A stretch of DNA of 52,487 nt, counting the filler, from Sphacelaria rigidula (taxonomy: Eukaryota): the NCBI GenBank assembly GCA_964200075.2. It is 4 parts of 4 records of this genome, joined end to end, with 100 filler letters (N's around TTAATTAATTAA, not from the genome) between each part and the next. Parts side by side here need not be neighbours in the genome. Positions count along the whole stretch, not along the records: positions 13,149 to 26,195 come from CAXNAA020003205.1; positions 26,296 to 39,341 come from CAXNAA020003206.1; 2 more parts are not named here. One strand, 5' to 3'. The notes beneath the pieces are model-generated. The model did no database searches and had not been told where the DNA came from. It saw only the letters and a program-made list of their open reading frames with translations. Both the position numbers and the translations under genes were made by a program. This document shows, piece after piece, positions 23,181 through 35,957 of the stretch (its first letter is position 1; the number at the start of each line of letters is the position of its first letter).

Positions 23181-26100
23181 GTCATCCGCCCCCGTCCTCA
23201 CGAGTGTGCACCGGAAAAAGGGATCTCGTGGCCTATTGGCGAGGATGCGATACCCCGTCGATATCGATCAGTCATGCCGCTCGGCGATGCCGTCTCAGTG
23301 CCCGCGGTATCCTGAGTGGACCAGGACGGAGGCTTGTTTACTCGCTGTGCGTTTATTCGTCCCCGCCCGCCATACGATTCGCCTCAGGTGCACCAACGGC
23401 GGCGAGGTTTTCAGCGAGGCTGCGACGGGTTGCAGTAGGAATGGATGAAGAGTGTGCAGAAGATACGATCTCACTTTGAGCCATTGAAGTACCGGTAGTA
23501 TTTGATTTTGTGCACGCGATATCTGCATATGTGGCGGCGGCGGGTTGTAGAATAGCGGTTTGCTTTCGAATGTTTTGCACTGCAAGTGCGTTGATTCGTT
23601 GGCATATTCATCTCGCCGGTGTGTACTTCATCGAAGGTGTTTGCGGTTGAACCTCGTCGGCAGCCGTGGAGGAAAGAATTATCGCGAGACGTATTGAATG
23701 TTGATGACAGGTGTTCTTGCTCAGGGCACGGCACATTTTGAAAGGAAATCTGGCGCTTTTGAAGCCTTCTCCAGCACATTCCTTGCTGACAATGATAAAC
23801 CGGCGCTACCATCGCGAGGTAATCCATTCGCAGGCCGAAAATAATGTATGAGTGATCTCACCCGCTTTCGAGTACTACTCTCGCATTTTTATAATTTTTT
23901 TCAAATTGGATTTTGTTTTTGGCGTAGAAGTCGGACATGTGTGCGCAGAAGGTCCCCTGCGTGGCGGGGCTGGTACGAGCTGGAATATCACGCCGCGACC
24001 GTTTCATGCCAGCGTTGATCAATGTACATGTCTTCGTTATCACATCACTGCGAAATCCCCCTCACGTATGTCCGACTTCGCAGTCCCGGCGATGGGCACG
24101 GGCCACCTACGGGGCTGCTGCGGCTACCGGGCACTCTTGCATGCATCATCACTTGACGTTGGATTCACAAGATCACAAAAAAAAAATCGGCGAAGGCCGT
24201 CAAGATTCATATTGTGAAATCCCTCCCCTTCTCACGTGGCCGAAAAAAAATGTTGCGGACATATGCCTTTTCGCCTTTGCCGCCGTTTTTACTCCGAACG
24301 TAGGGTCAGGCGGATGTTGACACGTCGGAATGTTTTGTCTGATGCGTGGAGACCGTGCCAGAGCACTTTCATGACCTCCGTAGCAGATTTTCCTTGGGCC
24401 GAACCCGCATCTTGAACAAAAGGGGCGCTGACGTGAGAAAAAAAAACTCAGCACCTTGGGGCTTTCTGCGCGTCAAGGTCGTGTTCTTGTCGGAACTTGC
24501 TTGTTCAGTAAGGAGGTATCATTTTTTTTAAATGATGGCAATTTTGTTGCTCTGCTTCTATTTTTGACTTGGTCATCAATTACTGAAAATGAACGTCCGG
24601 GCGGGAATAAAGCTGTCTCGTACGGAAGACGGAAAGGCGCTCTCGAACGGTATCAGCGAACACATAAAGTCATTGACACGTATTAATATTCGCCGTAACC
24701 TTCTTCTAGGGCGAAAAAGACGACAGAGAAGGACGAGGAAGCGACTTGTCGACAACATATTTTTTCGAGACATGAAAAGTGGCAAATAAATATTTCTTCT
24801 GTGACTACAACGGAGTGAAAAAAAAGTAGGGGTTCGTCACCCTCACTTTCGTGGCGGCATCTACTGCAGCAATCGCCCTGATCATCCGCAACCGGCACCG
24901 GAGTGCCAGTTGGCATCTATGCGATACCTCAGTCTGCAATGCGCACTGCCGTCGACTCCATTGAATCAGAAAGCATGGGAAGGCCGGGTGCTCAACAAGA
25001 GCCGCCACGCGCACGCGGACCCTCCCATTGTTGGCGTCCTACTCGACGGCGGGTAGCGGAAGGGGGTGCGGATGGTGCGACAGTACAGTAACTCACCGAG
25101 CTTTCAACATGCGGCGTAATCGCAACTCATGTGTCTTTCGACGGCTCTGTACAGCACTTTATTCCTTTTCAAGCATTTCTTTGTGGATTTCTCTACCCTG
25201 TCTGAACGAACCGGCCTGAAACTTGGCACAGAAGTAGACCACAACACAGACAGCATAATCCTGGATCGGCGGCGCGTTTCACGTGGTGCGCCCGACAGCC
25301 GAAGCGAACATGAATTTTGGGCGATGCCATCGATTCGCCCTCGAAACCGAATCCCCTTGGCCTAGACTGCGTGAGACGTCAGTTGATGCATATGTTGACA
25401 CGCAGGTGCGCTCACTTTCACATCATGACCTGCTGGGCGGCTTCTACGCCGTCAAACAAACATCGATCTGCTTCAGGCACTTTGTGGATGATTGCATTCT
25501 GCGCGGAACGAATCTTGGTATCGCCTGTAGAGGAGCTCATTTCACGAGACACGGCCGTGCACGCCCTGTTAGCGCCTTTGCGCGCTGAATCTTCGACCGC
25601 ATGTCATGTACACTACAGGCAACCACCTCACGTTGGTGGATTTGGGGTTGTGTAGTGCACCACCGCGTGCTGCGGCGAAAAGAGGTCGGATTCTGTTCCG
25701 AATCAATTGTTTTGTTTTGTTTTGAAGTAAGACTGATACAATTTTTCAAATGATGGCACAAATATATATTTTCGGAATTTGTCTTCACCGTAACATCACG
25801 GTATCTATCTCAGCATTCGACATGGCAAATTATCACGCTCGTTGATGATCTAGGCTTTCCACTAGTGCCCTGGTTGTTCGTGTTGGATCATTACAGCTGA
25901 AGCTGCATCATAAAGGGTGAGTGAGTGTGTGTGGTGAGCTGACGTCTAACATTTGAAACCCGTTGGAAGGTCCCTGAAATAAAATTAGAGGGTTGTTTTG
26001 GAAATCTCAGGGGTCCAAATATATTTGTATCGTCATCATTTACCGCAATCGCCAATGGGAGATCGGTGTACCCGAGGGGCCCCATATCGGGAAATCCATG

Positions 26101-26195
26101 CACCACCCCCTCTTTCGCCGCACAAACCTCATTCTGGGGTTGGAGGAGGGGGGGGGGGTACCCAATTTCATGAGGGCGGGTACCCCCCCCCCGAT

Positions 26196-26295
26196 NNNNN
26201 NNNNNNNNNNNNNNNNNNNNNNNNNNNNNNNNNNNNNNNTTAATTAATTAANNNNNNNNNNNNNNNNNNNNNNNNNNNNNNNNNNNNNNNNNNNN
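26196..26295. other. Artificial contig-join spacer
   Basis: N44-TTAATTAATTAA-N44. Confidence 0.97.
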
Positions 26296-27381
26296 GGCGT
26301 ACTCATTTGTTGCTGGCCTTAGTCGTTTGACCATTGACCACGCGTCTCTTTCGAGACGGAACACCGTTCCTACTCCTAATAGAGACACCTCCAACACTTG
26401 AGTGCTCATGGCGTTTCTTCCATACATTGCACAAAAATCTTTTCCATATCTTGTCCCCTTCCTGATTTGTTCTCTGTGGCCACCCTCTATCTCCTAGTGC
26501 ACCCATCGCTTTCTCGCTACTGCCTGATGTACCTCACGATCTCATGCCACTTTCGTTTGCTCACCACATTTCTCTTTCTAACCCGTCCCGTTCCCACTTG
26601 TGTAGTTCATATTTTGCCACTATATGACGTCTACTCTCTACGGCTTTGCCACAGGGGCAATTCTGCGCATCTACATCCTCCCTCCACTCGACGACTGGTA
26701 TATCTCTTTCTTCATTCTGGCAGGTCCAGGTCTCCCACTCGAAATCGCAGTTTCAAGTTTCTCCGGCAGTCCATTGGGCCATACAGATATGTTTTCATCC
26801 GTATCTCCTCTCTCAATCCCCAGTATATCTTCAGGTGCTTTTTCTCGTCCACTTTCGGTCTCAGAGCTTCTTTCCCCTTATATCTATCATATCTCTTACT
26901 TTTCCCTTGTACCCACCGCATGCACCTATGGACATTATCTCGTCTTCATCTCCTCTTATGTTCTTCCATACACTCTCCATGATGCTATCTCACCTTATTC
27001 CAGCCTGGCGTTTCGTCACTTTCTTCCATACGGCCCTATCAACTATAGCCGGTGATGTCTTTCTTGCATTGCTCCTTACGATATGTTGCCATTTCAGTTT
27101 TTTCATACCCCTATCTTTTCAAGTGGGTACAATCCCAACTCTGCACTCGATGCTGTATTGCTCGTCGTTTTTGAACATCCAAGTATTTCTTAGCTGCTGT
27201 CATCTGTACTGCATTCAGCTTCTTCACCAACTTTCCATTTCCTTTCCACACTTCTCCTGCATATTCCAGCTTTGGTACAATCACGTTAATCAGAAGACAC
27301 CTCTTACTCGTAGTACTAGGTCCGAGTCTTTTAGGATCACGTCCATCTCGCCTATCTGTGCTTTAACCTTTTCTATTATTT
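26296..27381 (-). mobile_element. 5'-truncated LINE copy (C-tailed family)
   Basis: Homologous to 10561-11650 (LKLRFRVGDLDLPE, KLEYAGEVW). Its 3' end GAGTACGCC lies at the contig start. Confidence 0.9.
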
Positions 27382-28000
27382 GGGCGGGAGGGGTGGGGGC
27401 GGAGGGGGGCGTACTCATTTGTTGCTTACCTTAGTCGTTTGACCATTNNNNNNNNNNTGACCATTGACCACGCATCCCTTTCGAGACGGAGCACCGTTCC
27501 TACTCCTAATAAAGATACCTCCAACGTTCCGGCGCTCATGACTTTTCTTCCATACATTACACAAAACCTTTTACATATCTTATCTCCATCCTGTTTCGCC
27601 GCCTGAGGCCACCATACATCTCCTAGTATAGCCATCGTTCTCTCCCTGCTGTCTAATGCATCAAATGATTTCGTGCCATCTTCGTTCACGTCCCGCATTT
27701 CTGCCACTATATGACTTCTGCTCTCTGTTGCTTTGCCACAGAGGCGATTCTGTCCATCTACTTCCTCCTCCACACGACGACTGGTAATCTCTTTCTTCTT
27801 TCTGGCAGATCCAGGTCCCCCACCCGAAATCGCAATTAAATCTTTTTCGCAGCGTCCATTGGGCCATGCAAATATGCTTTCATCCCTGCCCCCTCTCTCA
27901 ACCACCCGTAAATCTCTAGGTGTTCTTGCTCGTCTACCTTGCGTCTGCGCGCTCCTTTCCCCCTTATTTCTATTCTATCTCTTACTTTTGCCTTGTACCC
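27382..28000 (-). mobile_element. 5'-truncated LINE copy with C-rich tail
   Basis: Same family. The tail (G-rich on plus, 27382-27410) abuts the 5' truncation point of the 26296-27381 copy. Confidence 0.9.
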
Positions 28001-28093
28001 CGGGTGGGGGGCGGGGGCGGGGGGCGTGCTCATTTGTTGCTTGCCTCAGTCATTTGACCATTGACCACGCATCCCTTTCGAGATAGAGCACCG
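28001..28093 (-). mobile_element. Short LINE 3'-end copy with C-rich tail
   Basis: GGGTGGGGGGCGGGGGCGGGGGGCGTGCTCATTTGTTGCTTGCC...CGAGATAGAGCACCG. The tail abuts the 5' end of the 27382-28000 copy. Confidence 0.85.
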
Positions 28094-29036
28094 AAGCGGT
28101 GGGGTTAGGTTCATTCGAGTGGACTTCCGAAAAAAACGCATCTACAGCGATCAGAGTATGCTGCGCACGTATGATAGCATATAGTTGGAAGGACAGGGTA
28201 TAACGAAGGCGTATCGCTAGGGTAGACAGAGACCCACCGGGGAGACTGTCGTTGGAGATGTCGTCATGATGCGGAAGGAACTCCGAGGCTGGCCATGATT
28301 TCCTCTTGTGATATGTAGGCAAGAAGTGGGCCAGACGTGATGGTGAGCACCCTGAGGTGATCAGTTACCCTGGGGGATGCAGGATCGTCCTGAGATCGGG
28401 CTCTTCCTGGCATCACCCCGAGTTTTCTAGTATTGTTGGCATTGCGGGGTCTCGGTAATCTGGTCCTTTCGGACCGTTCCTACCTTGTACCTGCATGCGC
28501 TGGCTCTTCATACATATGTGGCATCAATCTCTGATATGTCAATGCAAAGAGGTGTCTTCCACGAGTGGACAGGAAGATGGTGTACTTTGAGTGCTATAAA
28601 TTCACTATGCAGTGGTCAGCAAGGGGTTCCTACGGCGAGCTCCCCTGGAATTCGTCGTTGACAGTTGTAGGTTTTCATCAGCGTAGTGACCACTCCTCGG
28701 TCATTGTATTAGTTGCGTGCGATGGTGGCGAGTTGGGCAACAACAGCTGGTTGGTTGGTATGTGTTTGTGTGTGTTTGTTATGACATTTTTACGACAGCC
28801 CCCCCCCCCCAAAACCAGCCCAAAAGTGGCACCAAAAAAATGGCTATACAGCGCCTGATGTTTGGGTTCGAGCTGCATGAAGCGCCTCATATGGGCGACA
28901 TTGGCGAGAACGAATCCAAGCGTGAGAATTCCCAGCTGCTCGTTGTGCTCGGCTTTTGCCGTTTCGATTTACGCGCAGATTTTGCCTCCCCAAACCAGGC
29001 ACGTTTTTGGGGGGGCTATCGTAGAAAGTGTCTAAT

Positions 29037-29044
29037 ATTGTTAA

Positions 29045-29077
<33 letters not shown>
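29037..29077 (+). repeat. (GTT)n microsatellite
   Basis: Directly visible run. Confidence 0.9.
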
Positions 29078-29799
29078 CGCTGCTTCCTTTCTTCTTTCCT
29101 TTCTGTGGCTGTTGCCTCTGTCTTTTCTGTTTATTTCCTTCTTTGTTTCTTATTCTTGATTGGTTGATTGATTGATGGTCGCACTTTAACTGACTACCCA
29201 TGGGTCCAGCCGTGGTCGCATGATAGACGCACCCAAGGAGAGCAAAAGTGAAACAAACAGTTCTTTTTTTTTCTTCTCCTGACCACGGGCTGGGTTGTGG
29301 CAATCAGGTACTGTAATGTGTGATAATCAACCAATCAATCAATGCGACATGTCCACATTTGTCACTCACTGCTGACCCTGTAGTGGTCTATTGGCGCGAT
29401 GCGTGTTTGAGCCTATTGACCGCCGTGGAGAGAGGTGTGTGTGCTGTGCTGAGGTTTACTGTGCTCGAGGTGGGGGTGGGGAGTGGGAGCTACATCAAGG
29501 GGTGCTGCCAGACAGACTGGAGGATGAATCGCATTCACAACAATGTTGTCGGTTGTGATAAAAGCCGAGGAATAGTGACGCCTAGGCAAATCGCAACTCG
29601 TGGGCATGAACCGTCGTTTTTTGCCGGGCCACTCGTGTTTTTACTCATACCGCGTACGCCAATGAGCACATCAAAAGGTGTACTACCTGTGCTCATGTTT
29701 CCTGAAAAAACCTTCCCCGCTCCCCATCCCACCTTACGGATGGAGAAGTATAGAGTGGGCGGGTAAGGTACCAGTAGTGCTGGTATTCGGAGTCCTTAG

Positions 29800-32700
29800 C
29801 GATATGACGAAAATAAAGTGTAAAAGGGAATGCAATGGAGTTGGACTATACTATTTGGCAAGAGGGAAAGTAGAAAGGGAGGGAGAACACTTCCGAGTCA
29901 TGCTATAACAGAGCGCGAACAATGAGTGGGAAGGGATAGAGACAAGTAACGTGTCAGCATGGGTTAGGAGGGTAGGATGGAGAGTATACATAGCTAATGG
30001 AACAACGAACTTGAGACGTAGTCCACGGGTAAACGGAGGGGGAGAGAAGTAGAAGCAAGTAAGTGCCCGGAAGGGAAAGGAGAGGGGACACAGCGATCCG
30101 AAGCAAATTGACAAAGACCAAACCGGAAACGGGAAGAACAACCAAGCAAGGGAATGAGATAAAAGCAAGGGAGAGAGAACAGTAGGAAAAAGGAGAGTGG
30201 ATAAGGATTCGGAAAGGAAGTTAATAATAGGATCGTGAAACGAGCGTGGATTCGTCACAGGCAAGCGCAAAGGAAAAGAGATAGCCCACCAAGTAAGGAA
30301 GCGCAACCTAGATATGGGAGGCATCCAAGAGTCATGGGAGAAAGAGGGGGCGGGTACAGGATGCAAATTTGAAGGGTACGCATGGACAGGGAAAAAGCGG
30401 AAGAGACACAATCCCAAGAGCAGGGGAGCGGGGTGAGTAGGATTCTTAGTCAAGGAATACCTGTGTGACATTATAAAAGTGATCGAACACACGAAATTCG
30501 ACGAGAACATATTGATAAGGGTACAAGGAGAGCGAGGAACGAAGGACTTCTTCGTAGTGAACATCAATATGCCGCCAGAATCGAAGAGTAGGGTGAACGA
30601 TATACAGCGGAGGTTTGGAGGGGTAGCAGCAGATGTACATAAGTAAAAAAGCAAGGACAAGTAATGTTAGTGGGGGATTTGAATGCAAGGGTAGGAAGAG
30701 CAGGTCAACCGGATGATATCATTGGGTAATACTGGGAAGGTACGAAGAACACGAATGGAGTAGAAATGCTCAAGTTGCTCGAGAATAACGAGATGAAGAC
30801 GCTGAACGATAGAGCACAAAAACCAGAGGCGCAATGGACATGGAGTAGGATATGCAAAGACGAGAGAGGACGCTCCATTCTTGACTATATAGTGGTAAAG
30901 TATGAAAACAGTAAAGAAATTGAAGTACATGTATGCCCGGAGGACGTGGGAACTACAGATCATTGCCTGATATGGACAGACAGCCAACAGACGAGAGCTG
31001 AAATAAATAGGAGGGGTACGAAGTTGTACAAATGGAGAATCGATAAAAGAGATGTGAAAGAAAAAAGGCAAAAGTTCCGACAAGAGATGGCCAAAAGTGC
31101 AGTAAAATTTTCCGAACTGTTGGAACGCGTAGGTACAGTTGATACCGAAATGAAAAGGGACCGGGCAGGAGCGAAGGTTATAAAAGGATGAGAGCAGTCG
31201 GTCAAAAGCACAGCGAGTAAAGTCATAGGGAAGAGGCTGATCGTATGCCACAGGGCGGTAAAATGGTGGGATGAAGAAGTAAAAGAGGCTATCAGAGTAA
31301 GGAGAAAGGCCCACGCGAGATGCATATGGAGTAAAACTACGGTAGGATGGGAGGAGTATACTAAAGCTCGAAAGGAAGCAAAACATATGGTGAATAAGAG
31401 AAAGAAGGGAGTATGGGAAGACGTAATGAATGAAACAAATGAAGATTTCGATGGCGGGATGAAACAAATGTGGGCAGGGATACAGGGGATCATGGGAAAC
31501 CAGGCAGGAAAGATAGACAACGGGATAGACACACTATGAGCACAGAACGGTAAAATGGTCAGTAGTTCGAAGAAAGAATTGCTAGTCGAGCACTACCGTA
31601 AACTAGGAACATGAACAACTGACACGAAATGCGATATGGATTTCGGGAAAGAAATCAACACGTGGGCAGAGGCAAATGTAGAGGCGTCAAAACGGGGGGA
31701 TAGTGGCCTCAAAGAATGGCAGAGAGAATGTACGAGATATGGAGCAAAGCAGTGCGCAGCTAAACTTGAAAACAGAAGGGTAGCAGAGGCAGACGGAATA
31801 ATGAATGAATTTCCAAAGTAGGGGGGAGGGGGAGTGATTACCATGATGGCTATGGTGTATAACTGGATCTGGGGAAACGAGTGCACACCCAAGAGGTGGA
31901 GAAAAGGAGTAGTTGCCATCCTTTTCGGAAAAGGAGACAAGGCTGACCCAGGAAACTATAGAGGGATAGCGCTACTGAGCACGGAAGGGAAAATGTTCTA
32001 TAAGATTCTGAAGATGCTAGAAAAGGACGAGAAAATCAGCGAGGGGCAAGCAGATTTCAGACTAAACCGTAGTTGCGTAGACCATGTGTACACACTAGGT
32101 AAGATTATTCAGGGTAGGAAAGACGCCGGGTTGACAACGTACTGTTTCTTTCTGGACGTTCAAAAAGGCTCATGACATAGTATGGAGAAATTGATTGTGG
32201 GAAAAGTTGTGGGAACCGAGGATTAGAGGAAAGATGCGAAGAATGGTGAAGAATGGTGACAGAATGTGCCAACAAAGCTATGATGCTAGACGGGGAAATA
32301 TCATTTTTTTTATATTTCACAAGGAGTTGCACAAGGATGTACGTTATCACCCACTCTATTCAATATACTTATTCATGACTTGATGATAGGAATAGAAGCA
32401 GCGAATCAAGGAGTAAACGTGCGTAAAGATGTGATATTAGGTTTGATGTTCGCAGATGATTTTGTGGGGATTTCAGGAACAGCAGAAGGATCGCAAAAAA
32501 GTTAACGAAGACAAGAAAATCCGGTAGAGTAAAATGGAAGTGGAGAGAAGAGGAAGTGTCAATCGTAGACCAGTATGCGTACCTTGGTGTGGAGATGAAA
32601 GGGGTTTTGTTTTGGGATGCATACATAAACAAAGTAATAGAAAAGGGTAAGGCACAGATAGACAGGATGGAAGTGATCCTCAGAGACTCGCACCTAGACT

Positions 32701-32815
32701 CTCGGATTAAAAGATGTATCCTGATGAACGTGATTGTGCTAAAGCTGGAATATGCAGGAGAAGTATGGGACGGGAACGCGAAGTTGGTGAAGAAGTTGTG
32801 TTGCAAGAAGCCGCA
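29800..32815 (+). mobile_element. Degenerate LINE with APE endonuclease and reverse transcriptase (same family), 3'-truncated
   Basis: APE motifs GIQESW, VGDLNARVG, SILDYIVV and TTDHCLI. RT motifs ADPGNYRGIALLS, QADFRLNRSCVDH, FLDVQK, QGVAQGCTLSPTLF and FADDF. Many stops and frameshifts. The 5' boundary is approximate. Confidence 0.92.
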
Positions 32816-33302
32816 GGACATGCCTGCGTAGAAGTTGAGACGTCTGGCTGAATGCGCTGAACTCAATTACCTGTGAAACAAGCATGATATTCCTTCGTGA
32901 AGGAGTGGTGGTCGTCGCTGTGCATGATGCTGCCCACTGGTATGACCCAAAATCAGGGTACAGAATCGGGACGTCGCGGCAAAAGCGATATTGGTGCCGC
33001 TCTAGTGTCGGCACGCACTACGCACAACAGCCGTTTAGGTTCAGTTCATCGTCCAAAAAAAAAAAAATGGAGAGCAAACACGAACGGTAGCAGAAACATA
33101 AACCCAATCAGTGCTACTCTTTTTCACACGAGTAGGGTCGGGATAGGCATCCCTGCGCCAATCCCCGATCCCCCCTCCCTCCACCAACAGCTCCTGCCTC
33201 AAGATATCATTACCAATCAACTCACATCCAGGGTGTGTGGAGGATGACCACATCTCAATATACATTTTCCTTGAACATCTGCCTTGAAAAACTGCTCCAA
33301 AT

Positions 33303-33570
33303 GCGCCCCGGTGGTCCACTGGTTACTGAAATTCATCATGTCTGAAGAATCCGGGTTCGATTCCCCACATATGTATTTGACTTTCTTCTGCATAAGAAGT
33401 ATCTGATTTCTGTGGTTAAATTCGTGAGGACGTGAACAGCAAGAGTAGTGCTGGTCATGATCCAACCCTCAATACCAAAATGTAAGGCGTGTGTCAGGGT
33501 ACAATAGCGATAGGTTGATCTCTTGAGACCACGGACTCGTCCCGAGAAAGAGGAGACGTTGCGATGTGGC
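33303..33570 (+). mobile_element. tRNA-derived SINE-like element (family B), second copy
   Basis: Head GCGCCCCGGTGGTCCACTGGT and B box GGTTCGATTCCC. The core TGATCTCTTGAGACCACGGACTCGTCCCGAG is shared with the 14656 copy. Confidence 0.55.
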
Positions 33571-33645
33571 TGAAGACATGAGAAACGGCGTCCGCTCTGC
33601 CCCGCACCTCTCATCGATTTTCTCCGCCGCTACTGGACTGCTTAG

Positions 33646-33798
33646 ATGGCCACTGTGAGTATCCAAGCGGCAATGAGAGGGTGGAGAGATAGAGTCGGTC
33701 AACGGCGTCGACGGGCGGCGACCAAGATAGGGGCGGTAGCAAGGGGGAAGCGGGGGCGTGCTAGGGCTAGGGAAGAGATGGCGGCGAGGGGTATTCAG
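33646..33798 (+). CDS. Exon of IQ-motif (calmodulin-binding) repeat protein
   Basis: CTTAG acceptor and GT donor, 51 codons: MATVSIQAAMRGWRDR...AATKIGAVARGKRGRARAREEMAARGIQ. Tandem IQ-like motifs. Confidence 0.7.
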
Positions 33799-34899
33799 GT
33801 ACAGTGGGACTGCATGGAGAGGATTTATGACTGCACACGGCGTAAAACGTTGTCGAGTGACTGCTGCACCATGTTTGGCTGACTTTGTTCAGCGACCGAC
33901 CCTCTGGCATGTATTTTCTGTGAACACTCCAACACATGACGAAACATACACAACAGACACACCTCGAACATGCATGCACACATTCGAAACACTGAAACAT
34001 ACACGTCCCAGTTGTTCGGTCAAGTGCAAAAGGCATCAAGCGTGATCTGAAAAAACTCAAAAGTGCCACAATATTGTAGCCGCGCCAATGAGCATCGCAC
34101 GGCTTGGTCAGTATGAACATCTCGTTTTAGTCATCGTTTCTATCTCCATCCCCATCTCGGTTGACAAAACAAGAGATGTCAAGGGCTGACTTTAGGAAGA
34201 ATACCTGCTCGGGAACTACCGTAATGGCTACCTCGACTGAATCATGCTGGCTGGCCTTGGGGTGGCTGCGGATCGGCATCTGAGCTTCAGGCCATCAGCA
34301 CACATCGTCACGGCTTCGAATAAGATGACGTAGTGCAAACACTCTCCGAAACTTGCCTTGCTCGACAAGTACGATACCTCTCACGACACAGCGTATGTTA
34401 TTGAGAAGGTGTTACGGATATCGGTGGCTCAGCAATGACTGCTAGACAAGCCAAGTACTCGGGCGCAAAAATGGTACCCGCTACACGCAGCTTGACCCGT
34501 TTGCTCATTGCTTACTATATCACACACTCGCAAGTCGGACCCGGGATGCTCGGAAGCCGGAGCAACCTGGAGCGCTTGGAAGACATCGAATGCCAGTATA
34601 TCAATGGCTGTGAAGGAAACTATCAAGAACTCAATTCCGACGCTGTAGAATCATGGGACGTGTCTATAGGATGGTGCAAGAGGCTATTGACGTTCCGGAA
34701 CGTTTTCTTCTTTCCGTGCGGAAACTATTTTTCATTTGATGACGCCCATGGTGGGGATAAACGTTTCCGAACTCTCTCTATATCGTGAGATGGGGTATGG
34801 GTGCACTTCTTTGACTCGTTGCGTTGTTCGTTCCTGCATTCACTTCTTCATTCATGTGTACATCGACATATTTACCTCCATCTGCACTCATCATCGCAG

Positions 34900-35025
34900 C
34901 GAAGAGCGCGAGCATGGCGCAGCGAACCCTGCGAGCGACAACATGGCGCGGCGAAGCAAGTACAACGCGTGTTCCGCGGACGGAAGGCTCGGATAGACCT
35001 GGCGAAGAAACTCGAAGAAGAACAG
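34900..35025 (+). CDS. Next exon of IQ-motif protein
   Basis: CGCAG acceptor and GTGCGT donor, 42 codons: RRARAWRSEPCERQHGAAKQVQRVFRGRKARIDLAKKLEEEQ. It completes IQ|RRARAW in phase 0. Confidence 0.7.
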
Positions 35026-35957
35026 GTGCGTAGACGTGGTTGCTGAAATAGACGGTCCGTATGTGTTATCGTGCATTTTTACTACCGGAGGACTACGTTC
35101 GTTGGCGAACAAGATGGGCCTCAAGCCTCTCCTACTCGGCGTTGCCGTCGTGGTCCTCCTCCTAAACGTGCACCGGAGCCAGGCGCATTTTCTCGTTTGT
35201 TATTCAGGCAAGGACTAGGCCGTGGATACAATACTCCAGGTATGGTGAAACTGCTCAACCCTTTGGTGATCTAGGGGTGGGTTATCTCGATTTCCCATAC
35301 ATTTGTTGGGGGATAATGATGCCAATTCCACAGATGACCCACACCTCGGCGGTCAGAAGGAAATTAACCATGAGGGCCCTGGAGCCCACAGCGATATATA
35401 AGGCTTTGGGGGACCTCGTGCAATCAAGCAGTCAAGTAATCAAGCAACCAATCATCCAGTGAATGCTGAGTATCTATACATGCATGCTGGCCCAAGGAAT
35501 GACTAGCAATTTCGCAAATTACATCACTTCTACCGGTCTAGATGTCCTGCTTCTTGCTGCACATCTCCCTCGGGATTTTTCGTACCCCACATAATCGGTG
35601 AAGCCACGCATCAGGAATCCAACGGAAGAGGGTCACTTGCACACTTTGCCCATCTTCCTACGCTTCCACAGGATAACACCCCTGGGTGGTGAAGATTTCA
35701 CGGTTCGGACGAATAAAATCGTCATTCGACTCACTATATTCAACATTTATACGAATCAATTACACGATTCGTGCACCAGTTGTGATACGTGCATGTTTTG
35801 AGTTCGTGATTCGTGCGACATTACTTGGGGTATGCACATTCCCAGTTCGGGATTCGTGCGGTACAGTACACTGTCGAAGGTACGCGATTCCTGCCTTCCA
35901 TTTGCGTTGTGTGAAACAAAGATACACATTTCATATTTCTTACCTTACATTCGTATC

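Noticed and set aside
26148..26192. GC-rich hairpin GGGGGGGGTACCC..GGGTACCCCCCCC
   Set aside because: It lies at a contig end and is homopolymer-driven. It cannot be assigned (e.g. as a Helitron end) without flanking sequence.
33303..33370. Possible tRNA genes (also 14656, 1230-1292 and 40650-40718)
   Set aside because: A/B boxes are present, but I could not form a proper cloverleaf. Each continues into a shared repeat body, so they were called SINE heads.
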